Positions 19,630-29,470 of a stretch of 56,483 nucleotides of DNA are shown here, piece by piece. The stretch's first letter is position 1. Each line of letters starts with the position of its first letter. A model generated the notes under the pieces. The model had not been told where the DNA came from and did not search any database. It saw only the letters and a list, made by a program, of their open reading frames with translations. The position numbers and the translations under genes were made by a program. Origin of the DNA: a virus (lineage: Duplodnaviria > Caudoviricetes); the IMG/VR virus record IMGVR_UViG_3300031227_000050, positions 1-56,483 of that record; one strand, 5' to 3'.

Positions 19630-20292
19630 CTAATGACAAGAAGCGATTTTAGCAGGGAAAAGTATCCTAATGGCGTGGGCTGAGTGTAATTTTACGCCAA
19701 AGATTTTGCTAAAGGCTAGTTTATCTAGATGTCCTTGGTTATTTACAGTGCCATTCATGATGAAATCAATGTTTTTATAGCTATCTTGTAACAAATGTAG
19801 TACCGCTAACTGGTCTGCAAAATTGTCCATAAAGTGGCCGGTAGCTATTGAAGCATATTCTATATTTAGGTCACAGAGTAGGGCAAAAACCCATCGCAAT
19901 TCTAATAATCTAAGGCGTCTGTAATCTATACTGATTTTGAATGTGGCATCATGGTCTTCACACATTTTTTGGTGGGCTTGAATGTCTTCAGTAATAAGGT
20001 CTGGTTTTGCATTTAAGACCCAGTGGGTATTAATAGCAAGGTCAATAGCATTTGCGCCCTTATGTAGGGCATCTAATGATGAATGTTGGCGTACTGAAGC
20101 ATTAGACATACCATAAGGAAAATCAATGAGTGCAGAAACCAATATACTATCAGTAAGTTCGGTCTTTAATTTTGAGAGAAAGAATGTTGGTACACTAATA
20201 CAATCAAAGTCGCTTTCTATAGCTGTAAAACCTGCTTGGATGACATCATCTAATAATAAATTGTGACCATGTAATTGTAGTTCTTTGTACAT
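19630..20292 (-). CDS. deoxyribose-phosphate aldolase-like protein, probably non-catalytic
   Basis: IDFPYG, GANAIDLAIN, FKISID; the KTSTG motif reads SIATG. Confidence 0.7.
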   Translation of the reverse strand: MYKELQLHGHNLLLDDVIQAGFTAIESDFDCISVPTFFLSKLKTELTDSILVSALIDFPYGMSNASVRQHSSLDALHKGANAIDLAINTHWVLNAKPDLITEDIQAHQKMCEDHDATFKISIDYRRLRLLELRWVFALLCDLNIEYASIATGHFMDNFADQLAVLHLLQDSYKNIDFIMNGTVNNQGHLDKLAFSKIFGVKLHSAHAIRILFPAKIASCH

Positions 20293-20516
20293 TAGTAATT
20301 CCACTCATCATTCACATTATAAATATGTGTACTACAGTTATGTTTTGTTGTGAGCATTATTACAACAAAAAACGGCCATACCGGCCATACGAACCATAAA
20401 TCCCTATAAGATGTTGGCCATTTACATTCAATAGCTTCTAATTTTAGTGACAATAGAGCGCCAAAAGTCCATATTATAAAGAAAGCAGCGCATAAACATA
20501 TAATTCCTAGTGTCAT
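20292..20516 (-). CDS. small membrane protein
   Basis: two hydrophobic segments. Confidence 0.55.
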   Translation of the reverse strand: MTLGIICLCAAFFIIWTFGALLSLKLEAIECKWPTSYRDLWFVWPVWPFFVVIMLTTKHNCSTHIYNVNDEWNY

Positions 20517-21214
20517 TCTTCTTCCTCTTCTTGTCTAAGTTCTTCAAAAGTTGAAAACTCAATGTCTCCAAACACAGCATCCATTAATCCATAATCGACA
20601 GCTTGTCTGGGTGTGATATAAAATTCTCGTTTTTCATTAATAGTTTTACGTAACCATTCTATAATGTCTTTTTCCTCCATACCCTCTCTTCTAAAGAATT
20701 GTCCTTCAATACAGCGGGTAGCATATATTTCTAACATTCTTTCGTTGAGCTTTTTACTCCATTCGGCTTCAGCAATACCAGATTGACAATCACCGTCATA
20801 ACCAAGTGTGCCAAAGTGAATCAAAAAGTCTGCATTGGGCATTATCACACGCCACTTAGCGGCCTGTGGAATGATTGATGACATACTACGAGCATGAGCG
20901 TATGCAAGTAGTACAATATTAGACTTTGATGGGTCATCACAACTAGCTTTTATGGCATCATATATGGCAATACCATAGTTCCAGTCTCCACCGTTAGTAG
21001 TTTGATGTACTAAGATAGTGGAGTTGTTTAGGTTGTTTAGCAATTGCAAATTTGTGATAAATCTATTTGCTACACTAGCATCTATTTCATCACCATATAT
21101 ACTGGGTGCTATAAAAATTTCTCTAGAGTCTAATATAATACCAAAATTATGACCATCATAAATCATTTCGCTTTGTTGAGATATATTACGACGCCTAGCT
21201 TTTGATGGTGGCAT
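20513..21214 (-). CDS. ClpP-like protease
   Basis: TNGGDW..GIAIYD, ARSMSSII, PNADFLIH, AVDYGLMD. Confidence 0.85.
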   Translation of the reverse strand: MPPSKARRRNISQQSEMIYDGHNFGIILDSREIFIAPSIYGDEIDASVANRFITNLQLLNNLNNSTILVHQTTNGGDWNYGIAIYDAIKASCDDPSKSNIVLLAYAHARSMSSIIPQAAKWRVIMPNADFLIHFGTLGYDGDCQSGIAEAEWSKKLNERMLEIYATRCIEGQFFRREGMEEKDIIEWLRKTINEKREFYITPRQAVDYGLMDAVFGDIEFSTFEELRQEEEEE

Positions 21215-21642
21215 TAGCGATTACCCCTTTTTTGTAAGTGTTTTTGTAATGTTATGTCAATAGTATGTGTTACATCCTTGGGTTGAAAGAGTTTACCAAT
21301 ACCAATTCTCATGCGGTATGGAGTATAAACATCAAACGTTTCTACACCTAGGGTGTCAGCTATTAACTTTACAATTTTGTCAGATATCTTAAAGTTAGTG
21401 TGTCCAATCCATAAATTAAAGACCTTACCAGGACTATTACGATTTAAGATAGGAAATGCACCCATTGGGGTAATAATTACCCTACCCTCTTCTTCTGTTT
21501 CATCTTCGTCGTCGTCTCTGTTTGTTTCTATTAAATCATAATCTGCTTTGTCCCAATGGTCATCTTGGGTATCTTCATCAGCCTTTTTGTTCCATGGGTC
21601 TTTCCATTTCTCCCATAATATAACATGTTTGGTATTTTTCAT
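21214..21642 (-). CDS. hypothetical protein
   Basis: coupled ORF, WIGHTNF motif. Confidence 0.65.
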   Translation of the reverse strand: MKNTKHVILWEKWKDPWNKKADEDTQDDHWDKADYDLIETNRDDDEDETEEEGRVIITPMGAFPILNRNSPGKVFNLWIGHTNFKISDKIVKLIADTLGVETFDVYTPYRMRIGIGKLFQPKDVTHTIDITLQKHLQKRGNR

Positions 21643-22628
21643 ACTGCTACATCTCCGAAGTCTATTTTGGAATACGGATTATAATTAAGTAGTTCAACAT
21701 CCTTGTGTGTCCACTTAAAAATGTCTGGTTGTGTAATTTTAACTTGAGGAAGGTGGCGAGGGATTCTTTCTAGTTGTTTGTGTGCTGTTGAAATTTGATT
21801 CTCGTAAATATGGCAGTCACATAGCATACCAGACAAATTACCCGGTTGAAGTTCGCTGCCAGCGGCCAAGAGGCACAAAAGTAAACCATAACTAGCTATG
21901 TTAAATGGCACCCCTAGCATTAAATCACATGAACGCTGCGTCCAATGTAGGTTGATTACACCATCAATGACTGTGATAACAAAACATAAATGGCATGGTG
22001 GTAACGCTTGTAAATGTTGTTGATTTGGATTCCACGCTGAACATACCATGCGTCTATCATTAGGATTTGTCTTTAATGTATCAACAATGTATTTGAGTTG
22101 GTCAAAACCGCCTGTTTGATAATCATACATCTTTGGAGGAACACCATTTAATTCTGCGTATGCATTTTCTTCGTATTCATTCAGCGGGCCATAATGTTCA
22201 CCAAATTTACGCCACTGATAACCATAGATTGGTCCAAGGTCGGTTGTTGCTCTTTGTAATTGTTTTCTAACACTGTCTTTAGATTCATGAGGACTTGGCG
22301 AGCCACCCATAATATCGCAATCCCACTGTGCTGTGGGATTAGCCCACTCGTTCCATATCTTACATCCTCGTTCCTGATACCATTTCTTATCAGTGATACC
22401 ATTAATAAATCCTTCAAGCTCTACACACATAGTCTTAAATGCAACACGCTTGGTAGTCAATAGCGGAAAGTTGTAACATATTGTAGCGTTGTCTTGAGAT
22501 TGGGCAGTTTGTCCTAAGTTATGTGAAAAATGCATGTTGGGTAAAGCAATAGTATCAATACCTGTTCTATTTTTTTTCATTCTCCCATGTACTAGTACAT
22601 CGTCTACAATGTCTAAATATGCGTTCAT
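21639..22628 (-). CDS. thyA: thymidylate synthase
   Basis: RTGIDT, FPLLTTK, LGPIYGYQWR, LPPCH, QRSCDLMLGVPFNIASY, HIYENQ. Confidence 0.97.
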   Translation of the reverse strand: MNAYLDIVDDVLVHGRMKKNRTGIDTIALPNMHFSHNLGQTAQSQDNATICYNFPLLTTKRVAFKTMCVELEGFINGITDKKWYQERGCKIWNEWANPTAQWDCDIMGGSPSPHESKDSVRKQLQRATTDLGPIYGYQWRKFGEHYGPLNEYEENAYAELNGVPPKMYDYQTGGFDQLKYIVDTLKTNPNDRRMVCSAWNPNQQHLQALPPCHLCFVITVIDGVINLHWTQRSCDLMLGVPFNIASYGLLLCLLAAGSELQPGNLSGMLCDCHIYENQISTAHKQLERIPRHLPQVKITQPDIFKWTHKDVELLNYNPYSKIDFGDVAV

Positions 22629-23047
22629 TATTCGCTCTCATCTTTGGTGGGTGTTAAGTTAAACACAGCCAATGGACTGATTGCCGGAACATTATTACAA
22701 TCATCACTATCTTCTATTAGAGATTGCCATTTATTAATAGCTTTAATAACAAACTCTTTGTGTTCAACATTTTCCAGAGCGATTTGAACAATGATTTGAC
22801 GCATGGTTTCGATGAATGTACCGGAGCATATATGGTGTAGAAATTCCCCAAATACTAAGGCTCTACCATCTGTAAACTCTTCATCTTTCCATATTACTTT
22901 AATGTTTATATCACCAGTAGGAGTTAGTTGAAAAAGCACCTCTCCAATATTTTTGGGAACTTCTGGTTCAGCTTGTGCTTTTTGATTTTCTATAAGTTCT
23001 TCTACACTCGGATGGTTGTATCCTAATAGTCTTTGTATCCAGTTCAT
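22628..23047 (-). CDS. hypothetical protein
   Basis: coupled ORF. Confidence 0.6.
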   Translation of the reverse strand: MNWIQRLLGYNHPSVEELIENQKAQAEPEVPKNIGEVLFQLTPTGDINIKVIWKDEEFTDGRALVFGEFLHHICSGTFIETMRQIIVQIALENVEHKEFVIKAINKWQSLIEDSDDCNNVPAISPLAVFNLTPTKDESE

Positions 23048-23397
23048 ATTTTCCTCAAATCTTCTGTTATGTCAGATATAAGAGCTAAATTATTAGTGTC
23101 TTTTAATGATATCCAATAAGCATCTTGCAATTTAGTATCGTATGGTAGCCAACAACCATATGTAATACATATTGATGACAATTCTTCATAAATTATTTGT
23201 GAACAAGATAATAGTTTAAGATTAGCCCAAGAGATGTCTACTGTAGAATGAGTCCTAAATACATCATTAGGACATAATCCGCTTTTCTGAGGTAAAATTA
23301 ATTTCGTTGGATGTAAGGAACAAATGTGTTTCATTCCATCTATTGAATCTATCCCTACTAATAGTAAGCGTGTGTATACTGAATATAGTTCACCCAT
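23044..23397 (-). CDS. hypothetical protein
   Basis: coupled ORF. Confidence 0.55.
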   Translation of the reverse strand: MGELYSVYTRLLLVGIDSIDGMKHICSLHPTKLILPQKSGLCPNDVFRTHSTVDISWANLKLLSCSQIIYEELSSICITYGCWLPYDTKLQDAYWISLKDTNNLALISDITEDLRKI

Positions 23398-23887
23398 TAT
23401 GTTTTCCTAATGTTTGAATAATTTTTGCAAGTCTACTAACTGTATCCAATGTATCTAAACGAACAAAAACTTCAGGCATCATCCTATATAGATATATTGT
23501 AGCATTACCATCACCAGTTCGTTCTATTACTTTTTTAGGTGTATGACACCCTACATAATGTTTTAGAATCTCTCTGCCCACGCAGTATACACCACCATCT
23601 GCAATCTGTATCCACAAATCTGCTTGAGTAATCATTAATCCACTAGGTTTACAAGTACGAGGATTGTAAACCTCGATTGCTATGTTGCCACTTTTAGCAG
23701 CATATATGTCATACTTAACCTCTATGGTAAACGATAAATCCCCCTTCGGAAATTTACAGGCCAAATCAAACTCTGAACGTTTTTTAGTATTGTCGTTAGT
23801 GTTACAAGTAATACCACAAGGTGTCAACAGTTCACTAACTATATGTTCTCCATCCATACCATCTTTTAAATCTTTTACAAATGTCAT
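23390..23887 (-). CDS. PD-(D/E)XK nuclease
   Basis: FDL...TIEVKYD...SGNIAIE. Confidence 0.7.
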   Translation of the reverse strand: MTFVKDLKDGMDGEHIVSELLTPCGITCNTNDNTKKRSEFDLACKFPKGDLSFTIEVKYDIYAAKSGNIAIEVYNPRTCKPSGLMITQADLWIQIADGGVYCVGREILKHYVGCHTPKKVIERTGDGNATIYLYRMMPEVFVRLDTLDTVSRLAKIIQTLGKHNG

Positions 23888-24483
23888 TAGGATAATGCCT
23901 TTCTAAGCTTCGATAATGCTGTATTAATATGATTGCTTACCATTTGATATGAAATACCCACCTTAGCTGCAATTTGTCTTAATGTCATCTGTTCAAAATA
24001 TTTATCCTTGACACATTGTCTTTGAATATCGGTCAATATAGTAGAAGCTAGTACTATTCTTAACTGAGTTATAGCTTCTTGTTTAAGTGTGTGCTTAACG
24101 GGTTCTAATAGTCTCGTTTGAGGAATTGTGTCACCTAATTCTTTTTTACTATCGCCACCTGGTGAATGTTCATTAAGAGACCTTATTATTTTGTTGTTTT
24201 TAAATCTCGACATATAACCTTTGATTGCCCAGATGACACACTGTTTACGATAGCCAAATTTTGAACCTTTACCATTCCAATTCCAATCAGCCATAATAAT
24301 TGCTATAGTTATGTGATTAAGGGCGTCTGCGCTTTGAAGAATCTGGGCACACAACATAGGGTGAAATCTTGGTGCTACTGTACGTATTAAACGTAAGGTA
24401 GCAGTTTTATATTGAGCTAACGTATCAAATGATATGTCCTCCGAGGACTTATGCGGAGTGCTTAATGGTGCTATGTCTATCAT
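23887..24483 (-). CDS. phage RNA polymerase sigma factor (region-4 HTH)
   Basis: LTDIQR...MTLRQIAAKVGISYQMVSNHINTALSKLR. Confidence 0.8.
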   Translation of the reverse strand: MIDIAPLSTPHKSSEDISFDTLAQYKTATLRLIRTVAPRFHPMLCAQILQSADALNHITIAIIMADWNWNGKGSKFGYRKQCVIWAIKGYMSRFKNNKIIRSLNEHSPGGDSKKELGDTIPQTRLLEPVKHTLKQEAITQLRIVLASTILTDIQRQCVKDKYFEQMTLRQIAAKVGISYQMVSNHINTALSKLRKALS

Positions 24484-25028
24484 ACACACCCTTTTCTTAT
24501 TGCAGTAGAAGATATATCTATTGGTTCATAAGTTTGTGTAACCATATGACATATTTCTTTTAGCCGTTGGCTTTTACAAACATGCATAGGGCTACCCAAT
24601 CTAGGATAGACAATAAACATTGCGTCTTTTTTACACAATACTTCGATAGCATTCTTAACACCCTGTTCACCATTGAAATATGAGGATGGGTCTTCAACCT
24701 TACTTAATGTGTTCATGCCCACTAAAAACTTTGGCCTCTGATATAGTGCTAATTTGTCTACAAAAGTAGCATAATCACTAACTACCAACCCCTCTATATA
24801 ATGCAAGCCTCTTATTTGACTACGTAAAAAACTAACACGCAGAGATAACTGTGTTGGAGTCAAATTTGGTTTGTTTGTATTACAATTTTTAGTTGGTAGT
24901 TCTAACCATACTCTTCTACCCATATGTGTGTAGGCATGTTGAGCTATAGCCTGGTGCCCAGTGTGCATTGGGTTAAACGACCCGGAAAATATAATAGGTT
25001 CGATAAAATTGTCTTTGTAAACTTTCAT
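24480..25028 (-). CDS. nicotinate/nicotinamide-nucleotide adenylyltransferase-like
   Basis: SGSFNPMHTGH, FLVGMNT, DISSTAIR. Confidence 0.8.
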   Translation of the reverse strand: MKVYKDNFIEPIIFSGSFNPMHTGHQAIAQHAYTHMGRRVWLELPTKNCNTNKPNLTPTQLSLRVSFLRSQIRGLHYIEGLVVSDYATFVDKLALYQRPKFLVGMNTLSKVEDPSSYFNGEQGVKNAIEVLCKKDAMFIVYPRLGSPMHVCKSQRLKEICHMVTQTYEPIDISSTAIRKGCV

Positions 25029-26233
25029 TCGTAATCTCTTATAGAAATGCCTACTGGAAAGCGCGGTACTGGACACTTAGAGGTAGTCCACGCAAAAAAT
25101 CTAACGGTTAACATTTTACCTTTGAGCTTACCAGCCTTCCAGTCTGTCCAATACTGTTCTCGTATTGCTTCACTACCTTCTGGTTTTACGCCAAACCCAG
25201 CGTCTAACTTAGTTATACAGACAAACGTACACTGATTGACCATCTTGCCCTTATTCTCATAGGCGTCTACTATTTCAAACTCTGCGTCCATGAATTTTTT
25301 GACCTTTTGTAGGTCAGATGAACGACCCCCACACTTGTAAGCGCCAGTTTTATTGCGCAACATGATACCTTCATAGCCCTGTTTAGTTTTGCGGCTATGT
25401 AGTTTTTCTACTTCGGCATGACTGTTGACAGTAAGGGTATGGGTTAGCCTGACAATACCATCATTAGTTAAGTATGACTCTAAGAACTTGTGTCTTAGTT
25501 CATAACCGTTATTAGATACCACATCATAGACATAATACTGTATGTTAGGTGTGTCCTTAGATGGCTTATCTCTCTTAATGGCAGAGGTAAGTGTTTGAAA
25601 CTCTTCTCCGTGAACATAGAGTTCGCCATCTAGAATGGTTCCTGGTGGTAAGCCCAAGTCTTGCACAGCTTGTTGTATATGGGTCAGAATGTGCCACTCT
25701 TTTTCTTGACGAGAGAACAGCCTTACAGAACCATCGTTCTGAACCACAGCTATACATCGTATACCATCTAACTTGGGTTGAGCATAGCATGGAAACTTTA
25801 TCTTACCGCCGTCTTTTAATATAGACAGGTCTTTGCCAGCTACATTGTAAGATTTCGCCAACATAGGTCGAATTGTATCTTTAACAGGTACAGCAATTTT
25901 TTCACTGTATCCACCCCTATCTTTCTTTTTATTCCATAAAGACTGCGCCTCCACACAACATTGGTCCCATACACTGGTTGCATTTGCGCGCCCTATATTT
26001 TTACCTGCTTTAATGGTTGTAAAAGTAGTTTGTAATTTACCATCTACTAAACCATGTTCCTGTATGTATCTAGGTGTACCACTTTTTGCAACAAGAATTT
26101 GTTTACGTGTTATCTCGTCTATTCTGTCAACTTGATTTGGTTGTAGTACATAACTATCCTCACATCTAATACTCCATTGTCTCAATCTATTCATAGTGTC
26201 AAACTTATATAAAATCGGCCAAGTACATTTCAT
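25025..26233 (-). CDS. ATP-dependent DNA ligase
   Basis: PMLA, QPKLDGIRC, LDGELY, GYEGIMLR, RSSDLQKVK, PRFPV. Confidence 0.93.
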   Translation of the reverse strand: MKCTWPILYKFDTMNRLRQWSIRCEDSYVLQPNQVDRIDEITRKQILVAKSGTPRYIQEHGLVDGKLQTTFTTIKAGKNIGRANATSVWDQCCVEAQSLWNKKKDRGGYSEKIAVPVKDTIRPMLAKSYNVAGKDLSILKDGGKIKFPCYAQPKLDGIRCIAVVQNDGSVRLFSRQEKEWHILTHIQQAVQDLGLPPGTILDGELYVHGEEFQTLTSAIKRDKPSKDTPNIQYYVYDVVSNNGYELRHKFLESYLTNDGIVRLTHTLTVNSHAEVEKLHSRKTKQGYEGIMLRNKTGAYKCGGRSSDLQKVKKFMDAEFEIVDAYENKGKMVNQCTFVCITKLDAGFGVKPEGSEAIREQYWTDWKAGKLKGKMLTVRFFAWTTSKCPVPRFPVGISIRDYE

Positions 26234-26390
26234 AATTACTCCAAGTGTTCGGCTAGTGCGGTTAATATCATACCCATAATGATTAATAGTGACACGACTA
26301 CAGAATGTGGCACTAATAAATCAAAGTGTTCATTAAGACAACACAGAGAATATCCCCATGCCGCCCCTAAAGAAACCAATCCTAAAAACT

Positions 26391-26576
26391 TCATTCTTTT
26401 GGTGCCTTTAAACTAAGAATTAATCCAAGCCCTATAAATGCACTCAATCCCATTATAAGATTATCTTGTGTTGTTGGTTGCGTGCCTGCTTGATGAACCA
26501 TACTACATATGGCGTATCCTGCTGCTGTTCCTATTAATAGAAACCCTGTTGCTATTTGAAATATAAGCCAATGCAT
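26391..26576 (-). CDS. small membrane protein
   Basis: two TM helices; GGAGA RBS. Confidence 0.55.
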   Translation of the reverse strand: MHWLIFQIATGFLLIGTAAGYAICSMVHQAGTQPTTQDNLIMGLSAFIGLGLILSLKAPKE

Positions 26577-26586
26577 TTATATTCTC

Positions 26587-27708
26587 CTAATTGTTTGTCG
26601 TCTTGCCTATTTTACCACAATTATCACAAAAGTCAAGTCTTTTTCTGGCAATTAGAATTTCTATAAGAACTCCTGCTGAACGAGTCCAAGTAAATCTATC
26701 AGCAGTAGCTATACCACTTAAGTTATTTGGTCTTTCCTGATAGCAGTATCTCATATATTCAATCAACTGGTCTTCTTCATCCATATCAATTTCGGCCCAT
26801 TCTCCTTGACCTGTAAAGAATATACCGTCGAAAGCAGTTTCCATATTAGGTGTTTCAATAAGAAAAGAGTTAACACCATCACAAAACTCTGTGTGTGCGC
26901 TATTGTTGGTAGCTATGACTGGCTTGCCACACGCCATAGATTCCAAAAGTTCTAGGTTCCACCCCTCAGCGTGACTAGGAAATACCCCACAGTCACACTG
27001 GTTGATAATTTTGGCTACATCTGTGTGGGTCGCTACTGGATTTAACAAAGTAACCTTAGAATATAACTTAGCATTAGTATACATCTTAGTCCAGTAATTA
27101 AGCTGATGTTCTCTAAGGAATGGGTTGTGTGGCATCATTACTAAATGAACATCGTCAGTAGTTTCAAACGCTTTGTCGAACGCTCGAATTAGAACGTCGT
27201 GACCCTTGCGCTTTTCCCATTTACCTATATTAAAGAAGGTATATGGTTGGTTATCTTTGTGCCTACCGTCTTTATTTGGTTTAAAAGTATTGGTATCTAC
27301 ACCACATGGTACTTTATATACTATTGAGTTAGGTACTTGGTTACATAAAATGTTTTTAGCCCATTCAGATGATGCTATAAGATAATGGGGAACACTTAGA
27401 TGCGCTAGTTCTCTAGCGTTAAATCTGTCTAGTTCAAAAAACGGCCAAGCATAATATGGTCCATTGCCTATTCTCTTAGCAAGGTCAAATTGGTGCCATA
27501 TATTAATACATGTGGCTTTTGGGTCAACCATATTTTGTTGGTATACTAGAGCCTCAAGCAACCTTTTATCTGGACCTTCTGGAATACTACCATATGGCCA
27601 AAGAGTTATGTCTATACCACCTGTTTTAAAAAGTTCTAGCGTTAGATTTTTGCCAACTACTCCATATCCTGTGTTAGATAGGCTAGTCATAAGATTAATT
27701 GGTATCAT
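26587..27708 (-). CDS. GT4 glycosyltransferase
   Basis: GKWEKRKG, PSHAEGWNLELLESMACGKPVI. Confidence 0.88.
   Translation of the reverse strand: MIPINLMTSLSNTGYGVVGKNLTLELFKTGGIDITLWPYGSIPEGPDKRLLEALVYQQNMVDPKATCINIWHQFDLAKRIGNGPYYAWPFFELDRFNARELAHLSVPHYLIASSEWAKNILCNQVPNSIVYKVPCGVDTNTFKPNKDGRHKDNQPYTFFNIGKWEKRKGHDVLIRAFDKAFETTDDVHLVMMPHNPFLREHQLNYWTKMYTNAKLYSKVTLLNPVATHTDVAKIINQCDCGVFPSHAEGWNLELLESMACGKPVIATNNSAHTEFCDGVNSFLIETPNMETAFDGIFFTGQGEWAEIDMDEEDQLIEYMRYCYQERPNNLSGIATADRFTWTRSAGVLIEILIARKRLDFCDNCGKIGKTTNN
26609..26636 (-). promoter_or_regulatory. sigma70-like promoter
   Basis: TTGACT-N16-TAAAAT. Confidence 0.6.
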
Positions 27709-28066
27709 GTAAATATTCCTGTATACTTTGCATAGCTTCTCTGGCTGTTACCCAGAGCTTAGCTAAGTTTTTATCGTCTATTTTTTTTGAATCAATATAT
27801 GTAAAGATACAGTACCCAAGCCCTTCGTACATAATATATTCATCAATTTGTTCTACAGTTAACTTGCCTTTTGGTAATGGCTCAGGTATTTCAATTGGTG
27901 GCATACCTTTAATAGCATCTGTTACCCAGGTTCCCATACCTATGATATCGGTATCAAGATTGGTTTTAGTTTTTTTCTTTGATTTAAAATCGTGACCACA
28001 ATCTGGACACTTCTTAGTGCGTGGTCCACAACCTTTTTTACACTTTGGACAAACCTTTAGCGGCAT
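27695..28066 (-). CDS. zinc-ribbon protein
   Basis: KVCPKC...GPRTKKCPDCGHDF. Confidence 0.7.
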   Translation of the reverse strand: MPLKVCPKCKKGCGPRTKKCPDCGHDFKSKKKTKTNLDTDIIGMGTWVTDAIKGMPPIEIPEPLPKGKLTVEQIDEYIMYEGLGYCIFTYIDSKKIDDKNLAKLWVTAREAMQSIQEYLHDTN

Positions 28067-28089
28067 TTAAGTCATCCTTAAATAAAAAT

Positions 28090-28328
28090 AGTATCTCTAT
28101 AAGCGGGATTCTGTTATCAACTGTCATTTATCTCAGGCTTACGCCTGGGTTATTCACTTGCCTCTACCCGAGCATCATCGGTCTGTTCATCACCTAGCTC
28201 TGTTTGAGTTGCACCCTCGGTAGTGCGAGCGAGTTGTTCTAATTTTCTAGATAACAACTCTCCTACCTTAAACAGTAGTGTCCCGACTTTCCTCTACCGC
28301 AATGGCGGCAGCGACAGTCTGAGATACC
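28090..28328 (-). ncRNA. rnpB: miniature bacterial A-type RNase P RNA
   Basis: GAGGAAAGTCGGGA, GGTGCAA, L15 GGGTA, AGATAAATGACAG and ACAGAATCCCGCTTA landmarks; P1-P4, P15/16 and P18 (GTAA loop) all pair. Confidence 0.88.
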
Positions 28329-28549
28329 AAATCAAATATTTCCACCTTCTTAGCAATGCGGCGAAGGTCATCCTGTACATCAGTATTACCATCATCACCA
28401 CTCCATCTTCCTAGAACAAATTGCTCATAATCTAATGCTGCTGCCAACACTCTTAATTTTCTTGCATCAGATAATTTTGTACTTGCTTGTCGTTGTTCCT
28501 CTGTTGGGAAACCCGTTAAATAAGGATTAACGTCGTCTTTTTTTTCCAT
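28268..28549 (-). CDS. hypothetical protein
   Basis: ORF whose last ~20 codons overlap the RNase P RNA 5' end. Confidence 0.45.
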   Translation of the reverse strand: MEKKDDVNPYLTGFPTEEQRQASTKLSDARKLRVLAAALDYEQFVLGRWSGDDGNTDVQDDLRRIAKKVEIFDLVSQTVAAAIAVEESRDTTV

Positions 28550-29174
28550 CTGATTTACCTTTTCTAAATGAGGTTACTAGGTCAAAACCTTTTGCTTCAA
28601 TCATTACTTTATCTGGTACATGTGGAACAACTTCTCGTTGTCCACCCAATACACCAAAGAGATACATTTCAATTTCTTGGAATGTATGATACACATCAAA
28701 CAGTCTATAGAATTTAATATCAGCTAAGACAGGATTGATATATATATTGCGAAATGTACGAATAAAATATGGAGTATGGAATTCTGTAAAAATGTCCTTA
28801 CAAATTTTGTCATGTGTTACTATACTTTCAAATGATGCTTTAAGTCTTTTAAAACTTTGAGCCATACTATCTCGTCTATGTCGTTTACAATTTGTAGTAA
28901 TAGCTTCCCAAGCAAAATCAAGGTCATAGAAATAGCCATTCGGCTCATCGCCTCCGTCCAATCGGATTACTGGATAAGCATGTCCACAAAAACCAACTAC
29001 TATAATATCATATTGTCTTTTTGCCCAAGTAGATACATAGCGATTACTTCCATACCATAACATATAATTTACACGACGCTCAATAGTTTCTTTTTTTCGA
29101 TGCCAAAAATTAACATTGTCTGATGGGTCCATCATACAGTCGTAGTAGTCATGATATTTACTTACAATTCTCAT
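28527..29174 (-). CDS. hypothetical phage protein
   Basis: MRIVSKYHDYYD...FQEIEMYL...KGFDLVTSFRK. Confidence 0.7.
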   Translation of the reverse strand: MRIVSKYHDYYDCMMDPSDNVNFWHRKKETIERRVNYMLWYGSNRYVSTWAKRQYDIIVVGFCGHAYPVIRLDGGDEPNGYFYDLDFAWEAITTNCKRHRRDSMAQSFKRLKASFESIVTHDKICKDIFTEFHTPYFIRTFRNIYINPVLADIKFYRLFDVYHTFQEIEMYLFGVLGGQREVVPHVPDKVMIEAKGFDLVTSFRKGKSDGKKRRR

Positions 29175-29470
29175 TTCATTAATCCAATACCTATAATAGA
29201 TAATGCAACACCAATCCATTGTAAAATGGTAAAATTTTTACCTGCTCCCAGATATATCATACCACTATAAAATCCAATTAGAATCATCAAATCAAAGATG
29301 ATACCATCTCGCAATACATTTTTAGAATAGTAAGCTATCAGTGGCCATAAGCCAAATGCCTGTAATACAAATAGTAAACCAACGTATTTAATTTGTTGTG
29401 TGTCGTTACAAGCCTTACTTGCCCACGCATAAAAGAAATAGTAGATTATTGCTACTGGTATCCAATACAT
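29171..29470 (-). CDS. four-TM membrane protein
   Basis: hydrophobic, SMR/DMT-like size. Confidence 0.6.
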   Translation of the reverse strand: MYWIPVAIIYYFFYAWASKACNDTQQIKYVGLLFVLQAFGLWPLIAYYSKNVLRDGIIFDLMILIGFYSGMIYLGAGKNFTILQWIGVALSIIGIGLMK

